Positions 1 through 11,724 of a DNA stretch of 64,000 bases are shown piece by piece. The stretch comes from Candidatus Bathyarchaeota archaeon (GTDB taxonomy: Archaea > Thermoproteota > Bathyarchaeia > Bathyarchaeales > Bathyarchaeaceae), in assembly GCA_963697165.1 (NCBI GenBank), contig CAVOMX010000009.1, forward strand, positions 1-64,000, written 5' to 3'. Position 1 is the stretch's first letter; every line of letters begins with the position of its first letter. A program made the position numbers and the translations under genes. The notes below the pieces were generated by a model. That model saw nothing but the letters and a program-made list of their open reading frames with translations. It made no database searches and was not told the origin of the DNA.

Positions 1-10
1 AAATTTAACT

Positions 11-859
11 TTATTCTTCTATCTTTTTTAAAGTTGACGAATTATCCTTAGCAATTACTCCACGAATAAAAAGTGTGAGTGGAATGAAGCAGATTAATCC
101 CATTAGTGAGACCACTATAACATCAATTAATGGAAGAGGCGTTGCGGTCAATAGTGGTTGAATAAATAGAAAAATAATTAGTCCAATGAATAGCATGCTA
201 GCTTGGAATAATAATCCAAGACCGCTTACATAACCAAACGCTTTTCGTCGCCAAAGTAGTATTCCACCAATTACCAAAAATGGAGAGATCGCAAAATCTG
301 AAATGTGAACAGCAAGGTCTATTCCTGTGATCTGAATATTGTTGATAAGCGGTTCAATCATTGCTCCAGCAGCTTGAAACATGAAAAGAAACCCCATCAC
401 AACTAGAATTGCTCCTGAAATTCTCTCATGCACTGCCCCTGTTAAGCGCTGTTGTATTTTTTCTCCATTAATAAACGTAAACAATTTGATGATTGCGTAC
501 GTACTTGCAATAATTAATATCAAATAAAATAGAATCGCCCAGTTTAGCGGTATTGCCAGTATGTAGATCATGTAATTGTATACCACAAATAGAAGTGAAC
601 CGGGCAAGAATAACAAACCGACTAGTTTACCACGCAATGTTAACACAATTGAGACAAGGATAATTGGAAGCCCGATTAGAAGATTCACGACGTCATTGGA
701 TATGAAGTTGTTAAAGAGTTCTTCAGTTGGGTAGATTGTAGAACCAAGCAGGATTCCGGAGACAGATGTAAACGCAAGCAGACAAGCAATTAGTAAAGAT
801 AAGATGTAAACCGATTTTAAATTGCCCTTAATTGGCAAATTTTCTTTATTTGATTTCAT
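11..859 (-). CDS. Multi-pass membrane protein of unknown function
   Basis: 282-aa ORF with about 8 hydrophobic segments. Confidence 0.75.
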   Translation of the reverse strand: MKSNKENLPIKGNLKSVYILSLLIACLLAFTSVSGILLGSTIYPTEELFNNFISNDVVNLLIGLPIILVSIVLTLRGKLVGLLFLPGSLLFVVYNYMIYILAIPLNWAILFYLILIIASTYAIIKLFTFINGEKIQQRLTGAVHERISGAILVVMGFLFMFQAAGAMIEPLINNIQITGIDLAVHISDFAISPFLVIGGILLWRRKAFGYVSGLGLLFQASMLFIGLIIFLFIQPLLTATPLPLIDVIVVSLMGLICFIPLTLFIRGVIAKDNSSTLKKIEE

Positions 860-1486
860 TTGTTACAAGAAACATGTTCTACTCCTTTGCTATAAAGAAC
901 TTTGGATTTGACATCTCCTGTGGGCGCGCGCAATTTTGTCTTTTGATGCATCCGCCCATCTTCATCAGAATCTTTTGGGACATTCTTGGCTGTTCCTTTT
1001 ATTCAATTGGTTATCTTATTAGTCGGAATTTTTCTTGGAATAATTTTCCAATTGATGTCAGAGATGCACGATATAGTGGATTTAATTCGTGAAAAAGCAA
1101 ATAGCACAATATAGCCTTTGCTTCCTCTTTTGTTTCACCCAAAATTACCAAGGTAAAATTACCACCAAGAACCAAATTACCTATGTAAAGTTCAAAACGG
1201 TTAGGGAATACTATAAAAAAAGTTAAAATTTAACTCTTAAAAGGATAGTCATCAGTCAAAAATCTTTTGTCTTCCCAGAACATGCACGCTTTTGTCAGTT
1301 AGTAGCATTAGCCCGCGCTCCCAAGGAAGGAGTCGAGGATTCTTTTCAAAAGTAGCGCAAAAGAAAAGAATTGGCGTAAATTCTGAACGTGGAATAATAA
1401 ATACGAGTTAGATGGCTTAGTTTTCATATAGAAAGACTCAAAAAAGATAGAAAGAAATAGACGGCTCTGTCTTGGAAAAAGAAATT

Positions 1487-2050
1487 TTAGAATATCAAAT
1501 GTTCAAGAAGTATTTTTACTCCAATGATTATCAGTATGATTCCGCCGACTGCCCTTATTTTGTTTCCGAAAATATTTCCAATAGCTGTGCCAAAATGGAA
1601 CCCAAAATAGGAAAGAGCGAAAGTCACGATTCCAATAACGAGAATCGGTATAACTATAGCCGTTTGGAGAAATGCGAAACTCAAACCAACCATTAAAGCG
1701 TCAATACTCGTGGCAATGGACAACGTCAGCAAGGTATGCAAACGAAGATTGCCATCTCTTTGCGGGTCTTCTTTCTTTGTTGAATCATAAATCATTCTTG
1801 CACCAATTAGAACTAAGAGACAAAAGGCTATCCAATGGTCAATTCCCGTGATTATCTCTTCAAGTCCGAGACCTGCAAACCATCCAATCACGGGCATAAA
1901 CATTTGAAACACTGCAAAAAGTGTCGCCATAATGATAGCGGTCTTTCGTCTCTGGTTGTTAATGGATATTCCTTTTGCTATCGAGACTGCGAAGGCATCC
2001 ATCGCCAAACCGACAGCAATCAAAATTATCGTTAACATATCCATTATCAA
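1487..2050 (-). CDS. mntP: Manganese efflux pump MntP family
   Basis: Repeated signature motifs GLAMDAFAVSIAKG and ATSIDALMVG; about 6 TM helices. Confidence 0.9.
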   Translation of the reverse strand: MIMDMLTIILIAVGLAMDAFAVSIAKGISINNQRRKTAIIMATLFAVFQMFMPVIGWFAGLGLEEIITGIDHWIAFCLLVLIGARMIYDSTKKEDPQRDGNLRLHTLLTLSIATSIDALMVGLSFAFLQTAIVIPILVIGIVTFALSYFGFHFGTAIGNIFGNKIRAVGGIILIIIGVKILLEHLIF

Positions 2051-2102
2051 TCACAGTTTAGGCTGTTTTTCAATAGGGAGTGCTGACGAAGATAAAGGCT
2101 TT

Positions 2103-2127
2103 GTGGTGGGGTCGCTGGGATTTAAAC
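2103..2127. repeat. Degenerate att-like direct repeat of the tRNA-Gly 3' end
   Basis: GTGGTGGGGTCGCTGGGATTTAAAC versus GTGGTGCGGTCGCCGGGATTTGAAC at 35611-35635 (3 mismatches). Confidence 0.75.
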
Positions 2128-3575
2128 AGGGGATGTGTGCGAGGACTGGAATTTCTGCCAAAAAAGGTAGATTTTCGGTTGGTTAAGCTGTGACAATCGC
2201 ATAAGCGCCCTAGCAAGCTCCTCGGTGTCAGTATTTTCCAGCCATTCTCTGTAATCGTTGGTTGTGAAGCGTCCATGTGCTCCAGCGATTCTTCTGTTGT
2301 AAGGATAACTAAAGCTTCCTAGAATTTCCTTCACCTGCGGAACTAGTCCCTTGAGCTTTCGTTTGTTGTATTCTGGAACAGCCAAAAGATAAGATGTGAA
2401 ACCTAATTTTTCGAGTTCAGCAACAGCCTCAAGAATCGACTTATCCGGTTTAGACTCGCAGACTCTAGTCATTCCAGCATGCTCAGCAAACGGATTGTAT
2501 CGAGCCATCACTGCAATCATCTCCACATAGGGTTTACCGCACAGAGGCAAAGACTCTCGCAGCAGCTTCACAGAAGCCCCAATCGTCCGGTATTTTGGAT
2601 GAACAACAACACGAGTACCCGAGCACAGCTTCTCGTTCAGCTCCTTCATGCTCTCTGATCTTCAAGAACTGTGGATCTTCCAGGAGCAGCACTCATAGGA
2701 TACGTGTAAACCACAGCCCCACAGATCCGATCCTTCCGCTTTAGAACAAACACTTTCAGCAAAAACGCGATCCTGTGACTCCTATAGTGGAATCCAGCAA
2801 TCTCCATCCAATCCTGATATGACCCCTCCTCAACAGTCATCTCATCAAGCAAACTGCAGCTCTGCTCTCGGCTCATTCGGGAAGTAATCAACTGTCACTT
2901 CACGCCCAAACCGCTTATGAATATGCACAGAAGGCGCCAGATCCTCCAGCAGATCCACGTGCGTAGTCGCAGCAACAACAGCTTTGCCCAGCTTCCGAGC
3001 CAGCTTCTGAACATTATAGGCAACGATCCGTGCAGTCTCCCGATCCAGAGTAGCGCAGAACTCGTCCATGATCCACCACTGAGCCCCGGACTCGATCAGC
3101 TTCGCAAGCCTGTAACGATACTTCTGTCCATCACTCAACTGACTATAACGGCGCACAAACAGGAAGGCATCATTCAACCCCACCTTCGAAAGCAGCTTCA
3201 GCCCCTCCTCAACAGACTCGCCCACAGTATCAATCAGAGGCATGTCCGGATCAACCTCAACCTCACTCAGTCGAGCAGCTTCTCCCGGAGCAGATCCCCA
3301 ACAATAGCCTTCAGAAGCACACTCTTCCCGGAGCCGCTATCTCCAGTCAAATACACAATATCCTGTGGACCAATCTGCAGCTGCACATTATCGTAGAGCA
3401 CATGCTGCTGAGACTCGCTGATTCCCATTCCAAAGGCTTCAGCTACAGCAACCGTCCGATCTGTTATGTCTGTCCTGGTCTCGTAGCCAATATCGAAAGT
3501 GAATTTGCCCGACTCCCGATCATAACGCCGGGCAAACTTCCTGATCCTAAAATCCTCTCTTCTCTTATGTCTCAA
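2122..3575 (-). CDS. ABC-type ATPase fused to GNAT-like acetyltransferase (split over 4 ORFs by indels)
   Basis: Walker A GDSGSGKS, signature LSDGQKYR, Walker B WIMDEF, H-loop ATTH, then the GNAT motif RVVVHPKYRTIG; no membrane permease nearby. Confidence 0.8.
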
Positions 3576-3727
3576 CCTTCATCATCCTCTTCATCATGAT
3601 CCCACGGAAACCGCCAACCATGCCGCTCCTTCTCGTGCAGCAAGATACTGTGAGCAGCTAAACCCACAACGAAACTGGCAACGCAGCCAACAACAAAATT
3701 GATTAAATCAATCAAAACAAGCCCACC

Positions 3728-5150
3728 CTAACTAAACGCAAACTGATCCAACTCCAGCTTTTTCATTTCGATAGTAGCATACACACTAAGAGCAACAGCC
3801 CACCAAACGTCATCATGAGTCCCGTGCGGATGACTAAAACTGATGGCGCCATCTCTCCGCAACTCGAAACCGTTCAATATTCATTTCGCTGCAGATATCC
3901 CCCCTGTAGGGCTTCTCCCACGTCAGGAACGGATAGAAGAACCGTTGACTCATCATCCGCTGCTTCAACAAGACTAGCCATCTCGCTCTTCCTGGAAGTA
4001 TTGAAGATAACTCCCTCAACGTTGCCGATCCCAGCTTCCTCCATGTCACTGATGATGCTTGGTCCTTCTCTCGTGTTGTCAACTCGAATCTTCTGGAAGC
4101 CCTCCCAACGGTCCTGCAGAGCCTTCAGGTAGCCAATCACAGTCGCGTATTTTGTGGGCTGATGAAAAATCTTGAGATGCCGAAGCCTCAGAACATCATT
4201 CACACGCTCCGACACAGCCAAGACACAATAGTCTCGGGTCTGAGCTAGATCGATGCCAGCAAACAGATCCCCACTATAACCCTTCGTTATGTCCCATGGC
4301 TGCAGATCCTCACCACAGTTTTTCTCGGTTCCAATGCAAGCAGCAATCAATGACATAGCCAGCCAGGTGTCCTCGTCCTCTGCCCACTCAGCCTCCATCT
4401 CACGGCGCCATCTCATCTGGTCCTCGCCAAACTGTCTCCGGATCTTATTGAGGAACGACGAGCTCCAGGGACCATCCGGGGCCATAACCCGCTCAAACGA
4501 AACATGATGACGCGCAAAATCAGTATAGTCCTTGTGGTTGCACATCTTCCAGAAGAGACTATCAGTATTGAAAGGCGTACACGTAGCAAGCAGCTTACCG
4601 TTAGTGGTCCCCAACGCAAACAAGATCGCATCCATCAGATCCACATCATTAGCAGTAAAATTGACTTCATCCCACCAAACCCGATCCAAAGTGTAGCCTC
4701 GGATCGTGTCCGCATTATTAGGAAAAGCCTCAATCACGCTACCATTAGGAAACTCGAGTCTAGTCTTCTGAGGCTTCAAATACATGCTCTTAGGCAGCCG
4801 CTTCTCAAACATGGATATCCTGCGAATATTCAGCTTAGTCTGGCGCCAACTGGGACCAACAACAGCCAAATGAGAATCAGCCTTAGCCAGGGCATCCGTC
4901 AAAAGCAGCCCCGAAGCAATCCAGCTTTTCCCGACTCTGCCGGCACCATCGAGCAGCAACAAACTGAAACTTCTTGTAAAGCTCAATCAACTCGTCCTGA
5001 TAACTGAAAGGAACAAACCGAAGATACTCACGACAAAACTCGCTATAGTCTCCAGTAGCCTTCCGGGTCTCTGTTCACGTCTAACTCGTCCACTTCAGCA
5101 GCGTTACCCTCAAGACGCCTAGAACGCCCACCAAAATCAACAGGTCTTAG
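3728..5150 (-). CDS. Terminase large subunit (frameshifted)
   Basis: Walker A region ARWCRQ(S)GKS, Walker B VWWDE, RNase H-like GIDLA and a C-terminal HPHGTHDDVWWA read manually to the stop at 3728. Confidence 0.9.
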
Positions 5151-5590
5151 TGTTCTTGCGTCTTTCCTGAACAAGCTTCTCATATTTTTCATCCAAATCA
5201 ATCAGTTTAGCTTCAATCCTACGATAATCCATGTACTCAGCGATCTTCACCTGATACACGGCAGCCGACTGAATCAAGAGCCCGCAAACGCATAACCTCA
5301 GCCTTTGACAAGTCCAGGCTTCTCCAACTCCATCATCGCAGCAGCAGCAATCTTCAAAACAGTCTCAACACTAGGAATCTCCTTAGGCAACACCAAAGTA
5401 GAGGATGATAGGACCGCAGTTATTTTCAGTCTTTATTTTCTTCTACTAACCCATACGCTTATCATCTTTTGCGGATAGCATTCTCAGTTTTCCCAAGCAC
5501 CTCAGCAATAACCCTAATCGATTTGCCAGCATGCAGCATGCTCCCTAAGAAATTCTCCATCCTCATTGGTCCAATGCTTCCCAGCCAAAA
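5140..5590 (-). CDS. HTH protein, candidate terminase small subunit (frameshifted)
   Basis: GKSIRVIAEVLGKTENAIRK HTH followed by a helical region (..YMDYRRIEAKLIDLDEKYEKL); lies immediately upstream of TerL. Confidence 0.5.
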
Positions 5591-5594
5591 CAGG

Positions 5595-5848
5595 TCAAGC
5601 CCCCACTTTAGCCTCCAGCTGCCGCCACTGCTTAAGCGCCTCATAACCCGCTGCGGACGTCCTATAGAATACCCGTTTCCCAACTACCTTCTCGACAAGC
5701 AGCCCCTTCTCAATTAGCTCAGCAACATGCTCATTGAGCACAGCATTGTTCACATTCGTGCTGATACATCAAATGCGTTAACTTTATCTGACGCATGCAA
5801 GCCTCCAAAACCGCAAACTTTTGCTCAAGCCTATTCCGTTTCGTCAAT
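5595..5848 (-). CDS. Small winged-helix DNA-binding protein (frameshifted; not in ORF track as such)
   Basis: Manual translation KRNRLEQKFAVLEAC..THLMY..NVNNAVLNEHVAELIEKGLL..VFYRTSAAGYEAL, an archaeal wHTH pattern. Confidence 0.55.
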
Positions 5849-5865
5849 ACTTTCACCGACCTCTC

Positions 5866-6171
5866 TCAAGTCCTCTTTCCAACAAAAATGCCAGAAAGCG
5901 TCCCGGACAAACCCGAAATAGCAGCAAAAATCTCACTATTCCAGCTCCCCAACAACACAATATGCACAAGCTCCAGCCCCGAAAGTAACCCTGTCATAGC
6001 TAGCCCAAACTTGACAACAATAACGAGCTTCTCGTCAGGCTCCTCAGTAACCACGCGGCCACGCTGGATGCGCTTCCTAGCAAGAGCTCGTCTAACCCAC
6101 CCGCCAGTGTTCATGAACGCTACTCCTCCTCTGAAAAATTCTGTTATGGTTACTGGACCTGTGACCGCCAA
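5866..6171 (-). CDS. Small 2-TM membrane protein (holin-like candidate)
   Basis: Two C-terminal hydrophobic helices; within the viral operon. Confidence 0.5.
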   Translation of the reverse strand: MAVTGPVTITEFFRGGVAFMNTGGWVRRALARKRIQRGRVVTEEPDEKLVIVVKFGLAMTGLLSGLELVHIVLLGSWNSEIFAAISGLSGTLSGIFVGKRT

Positions 6172-6179
6172 GCAAGAAA

Positions 6180-6514
6180 CTGTTTACAAGACTCCCGGGC
6201 AATATTCTCAGGAATATGCGCCTTCGCTAGCACAGACACATCAAGCGCCCAACCCTGCAGGAATGGCAGTATAGTCCAGATCATACAAGCCGTCACAATA
6301 GCGGAAGCTGTTTTGAGCCAAGCACAATATGTTTAGTTCGTTGCCCAAAAACGCCAACATACAAGCCCCAGCTCCTCACAGGAATATCAATACTCACGCC
6401 GCTGCTGCTACTCTTCCCCACGCTAGCATCGCACCATTCAACGCAAACAAGATCTCCCGGACGCAAAGAAGCAAACACTTTCTTTAGCTGACTACGAGTT
6501 ACCAAAACAAACAC
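6180..6514 (-). CDS. Viral hypothetical protein (frameshifted)
   Basis: ORF GDLVCVEWCDAS.. continues in another frame as QNSFRYCDGLYDLDYTAIP. Confidence 0.5.
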
Positions 6515-6517
6515 CCC

Positions 6518-7140
6518 TCAAACTGTGGTCCTCAGAGTGTAGCTAACAACCGCAATGTAGCCGTCTGCAACTGCCTGATTTACTAAGTCATGAGCGACAA
6601 GGAAATAGTACGTTGAAGTTCCAATAATCGCATGTCTTACTACCCAACCAACTTCTCTAATAGTAATTGAGCCTCCGCTTCCATTAACGAAGGTTCTTGC
6701 GATAACCATGTCAACATTAGCGCCTACAACAGCAGCGGCTCCAACAGCGCAGCTTCCATACTGAAGCTGAGATGCTGATGAACCGTGAGCAATCAGAGTT
6801 TCCATAGCATTATCTGTATTAGTTGGAGTTGTTGTGCCTGTTCCGACAAGGATTCCATATAATGCATTAGCTGCTTCTGCTTCGCTGCACATTAAACGAG
6901 TATGATACTGCCCAATGTTGAAACTCGAGTTTCTAGTAGTGCCTCCATAATCAACGATAGAAACATAGTCAGGGGCAACTTCCCATTTGTTAGCAGTCAA
7001 CAATTCCATTAACTGAAGAAAAGCTTTAACGAAACTATGGCTAGGGCGATCACCTGTAGTTTTGACAAGTTTACCTGTTTTCGGATTAAAAATATCAACT
7101 CGGACAAATAGCTTAATTGTTGATGCTCTATGTTCGAAGG
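6518..7140 (-). CDS. Tail-tip or tail fibre-associated structural protein
   Basis: GILVGTGTTTPTNTD and ITIREVG motifs typical of tail fibre/baseplate N-terminal domains; frame is open upstream of 7009. Confidence 0.55.
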
Positions 7141-7427
7141 TTATTTAGCCTAAGCTTTAGGTCTTGAGCATTCAACCCTCGAATGTGAGCTGCTATTTTT
7201 TCAGAATCAAATTTTAGATTTGTTTTCAAAGTTTTTTCCTCATTTACGGTGGATTAACATCAATATCTACGCTCAAACCAAGACTCAAGACTGTAGGATC
7301 CAAAATGCCAGTATCAACAACAGATATGAAAGAAGCAAGGAAGGTTGAACCAACACCAATCTCAGTCACTTCTCCCTCATAGGCTTGAGAAACATAGGAT
7401 GTAAAATTAAAGACCTCATTTCGGGTC

Positions 7428-8361
7428 TTAGATGAGCTCCTCTAGAATATCCTCAGTTGTCCGCTTTGTCCGATTTAATTCAATATCGCATCTAGTACGA
7501 GTCTTGATCAGCTTCGCAATCCTATAGGACCCCGAAAGGTTAGACTCAGCCTTCGTAACCGTGATAGTGTCTCCTGGATGAAGATGCTTAGCGTAAGGAA
7601 GCGGGCAGCTCAACTTAATTGCAGAATCATCTAGGTTTACTTGATCTAGCAGCTTAGCAGCCAAAAGATTAAGAGTAGTTTGGGTAGTCGCAAAATTGCT
7701 CCAGAAAACAGCAACATCATCACCAGATCCAGCAACGCCCAGGAGCTCGTCTCCATCAGCATTAAAGCCCCTAACATGCACCTTATCTCGGTTCTTGCTG
7801 CGGTCGACTCCCCTGCAGGTGACCTTCGCTTTAGATGAATCAAAACTTTCTGCCGAACCGCGAGTGCCCAAATACAAAGTGTCGCCGTCTTCAACCCAAC
7901 GGTCACAATTACATGCCTTCTGGACCTCAATCATAGCATCAAAGCATAAGGTCTGATCAAAATTCAGGTCAAGAGCAGTAGAGGGACAAGACCCCAACGG
8001 GTTTAGTAAGCGAAGCTGCAACCCGGATATCCTCCATAATATCGTCAGCTGCAGCAGCTTCATAGGTCTCGGAAATAACTCGCCGCTTCATCAGCTCGTA
8101 TATGCCATTATAGATAACGCATTTGAGCTCCTTATTCGAGTATTCAACAGCGAATAAGGCACCTAAAAACTGGAACTCAGCATCATAATAGATTCGCACG
8201 ATCTGATCAGAAGAAACAAACGTCCGATTCGCAGAAGTGTTAGCAATACTTAGGGTAGCCTCTTCGTGGCCATTCAGCTCTTCAACAACGGCGCCGATTC
8301 TACCTGAGAACTCAACCCAATCCTCTTCGCCATCATCATAATACTCAAGAGTCCAACCCAA
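7428..8361 (-). CDS. Tail hub/baseplate (Tal-like) protein, frameshifted
   Basis: Position after distal tail gene; C-terminal LHPGDTITV..GSYRIAKL motif. Confidence 0.55.
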
Positions 8362-8372
8362 CAGAAAACCCC

Positions 8373-8732
8373 CTACAAAACTATGTGGCTGCTCCCCTGC
8401 AGCAGCTTAATTTTATACGAAAACTGTTTAGCATCCAACTCAACATAGCTAAAATCTGCAAGAATCCAGCTGCCATCATATCTGCTATCAGGAAAGGCTA
8501 AGGTTACTTCGGTGCCCCTCAAGGCCTCAAGCGGAGACAAATAGCTTGATTCAATCGTAGCCTTAACCCCAACAAAAAAGCCCTCCAGAGTCAACTCTAC
8601 AGCAGACAATCCGGGAACGATCAAGACTGGAGAATCTCCATCTAACTCAAAAGTCTCAACCTTAGCAGGATTACGTTTGCTAGCTCGAGCAGGAGCAGTA
8701 GGCAAAGTAACAGCGCCTATCTGCGTAACTCA
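8373..8732 (-). CDS. Distal tail (Dit-like) protein
   Basis: Beta-rich ~120-aa ORF directly after the tape measure gene. Confidence 0.5.
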
Positions 8733-8734
8733 CA

Positions 8735-9791
8735 ATAGACGCCTCCTAAAGCCCTCAGCGATACCTTCACTTACAGACTCGGTGACTTGAGCAAGATCAA
8801 ATTCGCTGCTGATGTTCTCGATGTTGATAACTGGATTAACTGTGATGTACTGGTAGTTTCCCCACCTCCAGATCCATCTGGCTTAAGAGGAATAACTGCT
8901 TCGGGTCCAGCTTCTCCAATTAAAGCCAAAGTTGGTTTGGTTACGATCCCACCCTCAGCCATGCCGACAGCAGCCTTAACCCCAGCTATGCCTACTCCAA
9001 CAGCAGCCAAAATGATAGGAACTGCAACACCGACTGTCATTGTGCCATGAAAAGCCATCCAAGCAACGGTTGCGGCAACTATTGCAGCGATTGTAGCAGT
9101 CAATGCTCCAGCGATTGCTCGCATGTCCTCTGGAATAGCGCCCAAAATGGTGTCTGCAACCAAAAAGCCGCCCATAAACGCGGCTACACCAATAGCAGCT
9201 GTCTTAGCACGATATCCCAATATTGCCAACGCCATCAGAAATTTTCGTCAGCAGCCCGCTCATATCAGGCATATTCTTCCAGGCTTTACTCAGACTATCA
9301 ACCATCGTAATCGAGGTTGGAATCACCTGCAAAGCAGCACTAAAGATGGTTTCATTCATACTATCTTGAGCATCTTCAGCAGTCTGAACAGCTAAAGCGT
9401 AACGATCCTGGGCAATCTCAAGATTGGCAGTTGCAGTCTCAGCCTCAGCAGAACCATACCCATACTTTTCAAGAGCCTTATTCAATGAAGTCTGAGCATT
9501 CTCTACACTGTTATGGCTTGTTTTAACCTGAAGGTTTGAACGATCAACCTTCAGCTGAGCATCTCCAACACTCCCATAAGCATTATAGAGACTAAACGCT
9601 GAAGTGGCTACCCCACTAAAACCGGTAATCAGGTCCCTGCTAGACTTGACAGTTTCTTTCTGAGCAGCAACAACCCGTTTGTTAGTAGCCTCAACTTCGC
9701 CCATTTCTTTCTTGATTTTTGTGCTAGCGTCCGCTACTGTTTTGCTTGCCTCATCATACGCCTTGATTCGGATGTCAATTTGGCTGCTCAT
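8735..9791 (-). CDS. Short tape measure protein (~350 aa, frameshifted)
   Basis: N-terminal IDIRIKAYDEAS, Ala-rich helical body, hydrophobic stretch and C-terminal MAEGGIVTKPTLALIGEAGPEAVIPL motif. Confidence 0.8.
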
Positions 9792-10336
9792 TTCCTATTT
9801 CTCCGGTCATACCATCTAGCCCATGTGCCCAGAAACTTCACCTGCAATACTGACAGTCCACGAAGAGTCTCCAAGTTATACTGAGGAAACTTGTGCAGAA
9901 TCAGCCCGATCTCTTGCGCCTGCGGGTTATTTTCGAGCCACTCTGCGAGGTCTTTGTAGCTGATAAAAAAGCAGGCTGCTTAGTCAAGAAGTCAACCAGC
10001 GCAGCAGATTCAATCAGCGGCATCCGAGCCAAGAAGTCACTGGGAAGATCTGGGTATGCCTTTTTTAGCATTAGCCAAGCAACTGTCTCGGTCTTCTCAA
10101 CGTCCGATTCGCATTTGTTGATCTCGAAGGCATCCCTGAAAGTCAACTCTCCAAACAGCAGCTTGCCTAACGTTGGATGCTCAACAGAATGGATCTTGGA
10201 TGCGCGGTCAATCAGTCGGACAGGATCAAAGATCTTGCCCTTAACTCGCATGAGACTCTTCGTGGCTCTCAAGCTCCGCTTCGAATTTAGCTGCCCTCTT
10301 GTCATTCTCTTCCTTTTGCTTCTGGGTTGGCTTCAT
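9788..10336 (-). CDS. Tail assembly chaperone G/GT with predicted programmed -1 frameshift
   Basis: In-frame slippery heptamer T TTT TTA (plus strand 9964-9970); the -1 frame is open for 58 codons and its TGA overlaps the tape measure ATG. Confidence 0.75.
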
Positions 10337-10348
10337 CAGATCTCACGC

Positions 10349-10738
10349 TTAGCTATCAGTGACCGTAACGCTCTTCGCTTCGCCATCAACCTTCTCGAGA
10401 ACTGCTCCAGTTTCTCCCGCTGATCGCTCAACATTCAGGACCACACAATCGCTCCAAGTTTCGTAGGGCGCAGTTTGGTAAGATCCGCTAGGCTGAAACA
10501 CAATATCAAACTCGGTTCCAGCTAGAAGCAGAGTCATCCAAGAACCGTTAATGTAGAGCTTTTCAGCACTCCAGCTGAAGGTTTGTTTACCGGCGCCAAC
10601 AACAGCAGGAGTCAACGAATCCATACTATAGTCTTTGATCAGCTCCGCAGAAGCCTTGACGCTAATGTTTTTTCCATAGCCAATCACTGTGCCGTCCTTG
10701 TAGAGACGAGCATTCCTTCCCAAAACAGGGGTACTCAA
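10349..10738 (-). CDS. Major tail tube protein
   Basis: 129-aa beta-rich protein upstream of the chaperone and tape measure genes; GKQTFSWSAEKLY motif. Confidence 0.7.
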   Translation of the reverse strand: MSTPVLGRNARLYKDGTVIGYGKNISVKASAELIKDYSMDSLTPAVVGAGKQTFSWSAEKLYINGSWMTLLLAGTEFDIVFQPSGSYQTAPYETWSDCVVLNVERSAGETGAVLEKVDGEAKSVTVTDS

Positions 10739-11250
10739 TTTTGTCTAATTCCTCCAAATTTTTCATAGTCTAGAGAAGCCGGATATCCGACCTCTTTTCT
10801 AGCCAAGTTTCCCAAAAAATCACAAAGAGCATCCTCAGCAAAATCGTCAACATGCGAGGCGATCAACTCGTCAGGCAAACAGCTGATGTCCATGTGCCAC
10901 TGCTCCTTGATCCAGCGTTTAAGCCGCTGCGGATCCTTCTCTCGACCCGCCCACTCATCAGAACAAAGCAGCATAGCCAAACCAACCCACTTTCTATAGT
11001 AGGGATCATCCTCGCTGAGCCTAACCAAAATCTTGCGGCTAACCCTGAAGTAGCCTCTCAAAATTGCCGTCAGGCTGCTTTCCGAAAGTGCCCTGAATGA
11101 CAATCGAGACGATACACCTTGAACATACGGTCATATACCTGCTGGAGCATCCGAGTCTGAGGAAAATGCACAAACCTAGGCTCGGACGGCAACAGCAGAT
11201 CCACAAGCCGCAGTGGAAAATTTACCAGCCGCTTGAGCAGGATCATTCGT
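10735..11250 (-). CDS. Viral hypothetical protein (frameshifted)
   Basis: ORFs 11070-11399 and 10735-11103 appear to join into one gene within the operon. Confidence 0.45.
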
Positions 11251-11253
11251 AAG

Positions 11254-11717
11254 TCACGGTGCATAATGCAGTACAGCCTCCCAGCGGACAACCCCGCCAT
11301 AGAACGTTTTTTCTTTGAACTTGACTTCTCCAGGAGCAAAACCGATAGGAGTACAATCAAAGGCAGCACCCCCCAGAGTACGATCAGCGAGTAGCGCATC
11401 CACGACGTCGCCCATGACTGCTATAATATCATCAAACCAATCCTTCGGTTCATACTCCAGAATAACCAAGAACAATGCTGCCCCGAACTTTAGTTTCAGT
11501 CACACTCTCCCATCGTTAATTGTCCAATCGGCGAAGGCTCAGCATTAATAATAGCTTTAGGCAGCCCACCAACAGTGAAACTGCTCCCCAAGAACCACAG
11601 TCTTGATTGACTCAACGCCCTGAGCAGGACTCCCAGGATCTTCACCTTCAGGCGGAACAGCAGGCACATACACAAGCGCCGCTTTGATAGCATCAAAAAC
11701 AGCCTTGTAGCTAGCAT
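11254..11717 (-). CDS. Tail terminator/completion-like protein (frameshifted)
   Basis: ALLADRTLGG motif and position between neck and tube genes. Confidence 0.55.
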
Positions 11718-11724
11718 AGTAACC

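Noticed and set aside
1141..1182. Three AAATTACC direct repeats
   Set aside because: Short, AT-rich and irregularly spaced; insufficient evidence of function.
2051..2102. yybP-ykoY manganese riboswitch upstream of mntP
   Set aside because: Only ~50 bp before the att repeat and no recognisable consensus.
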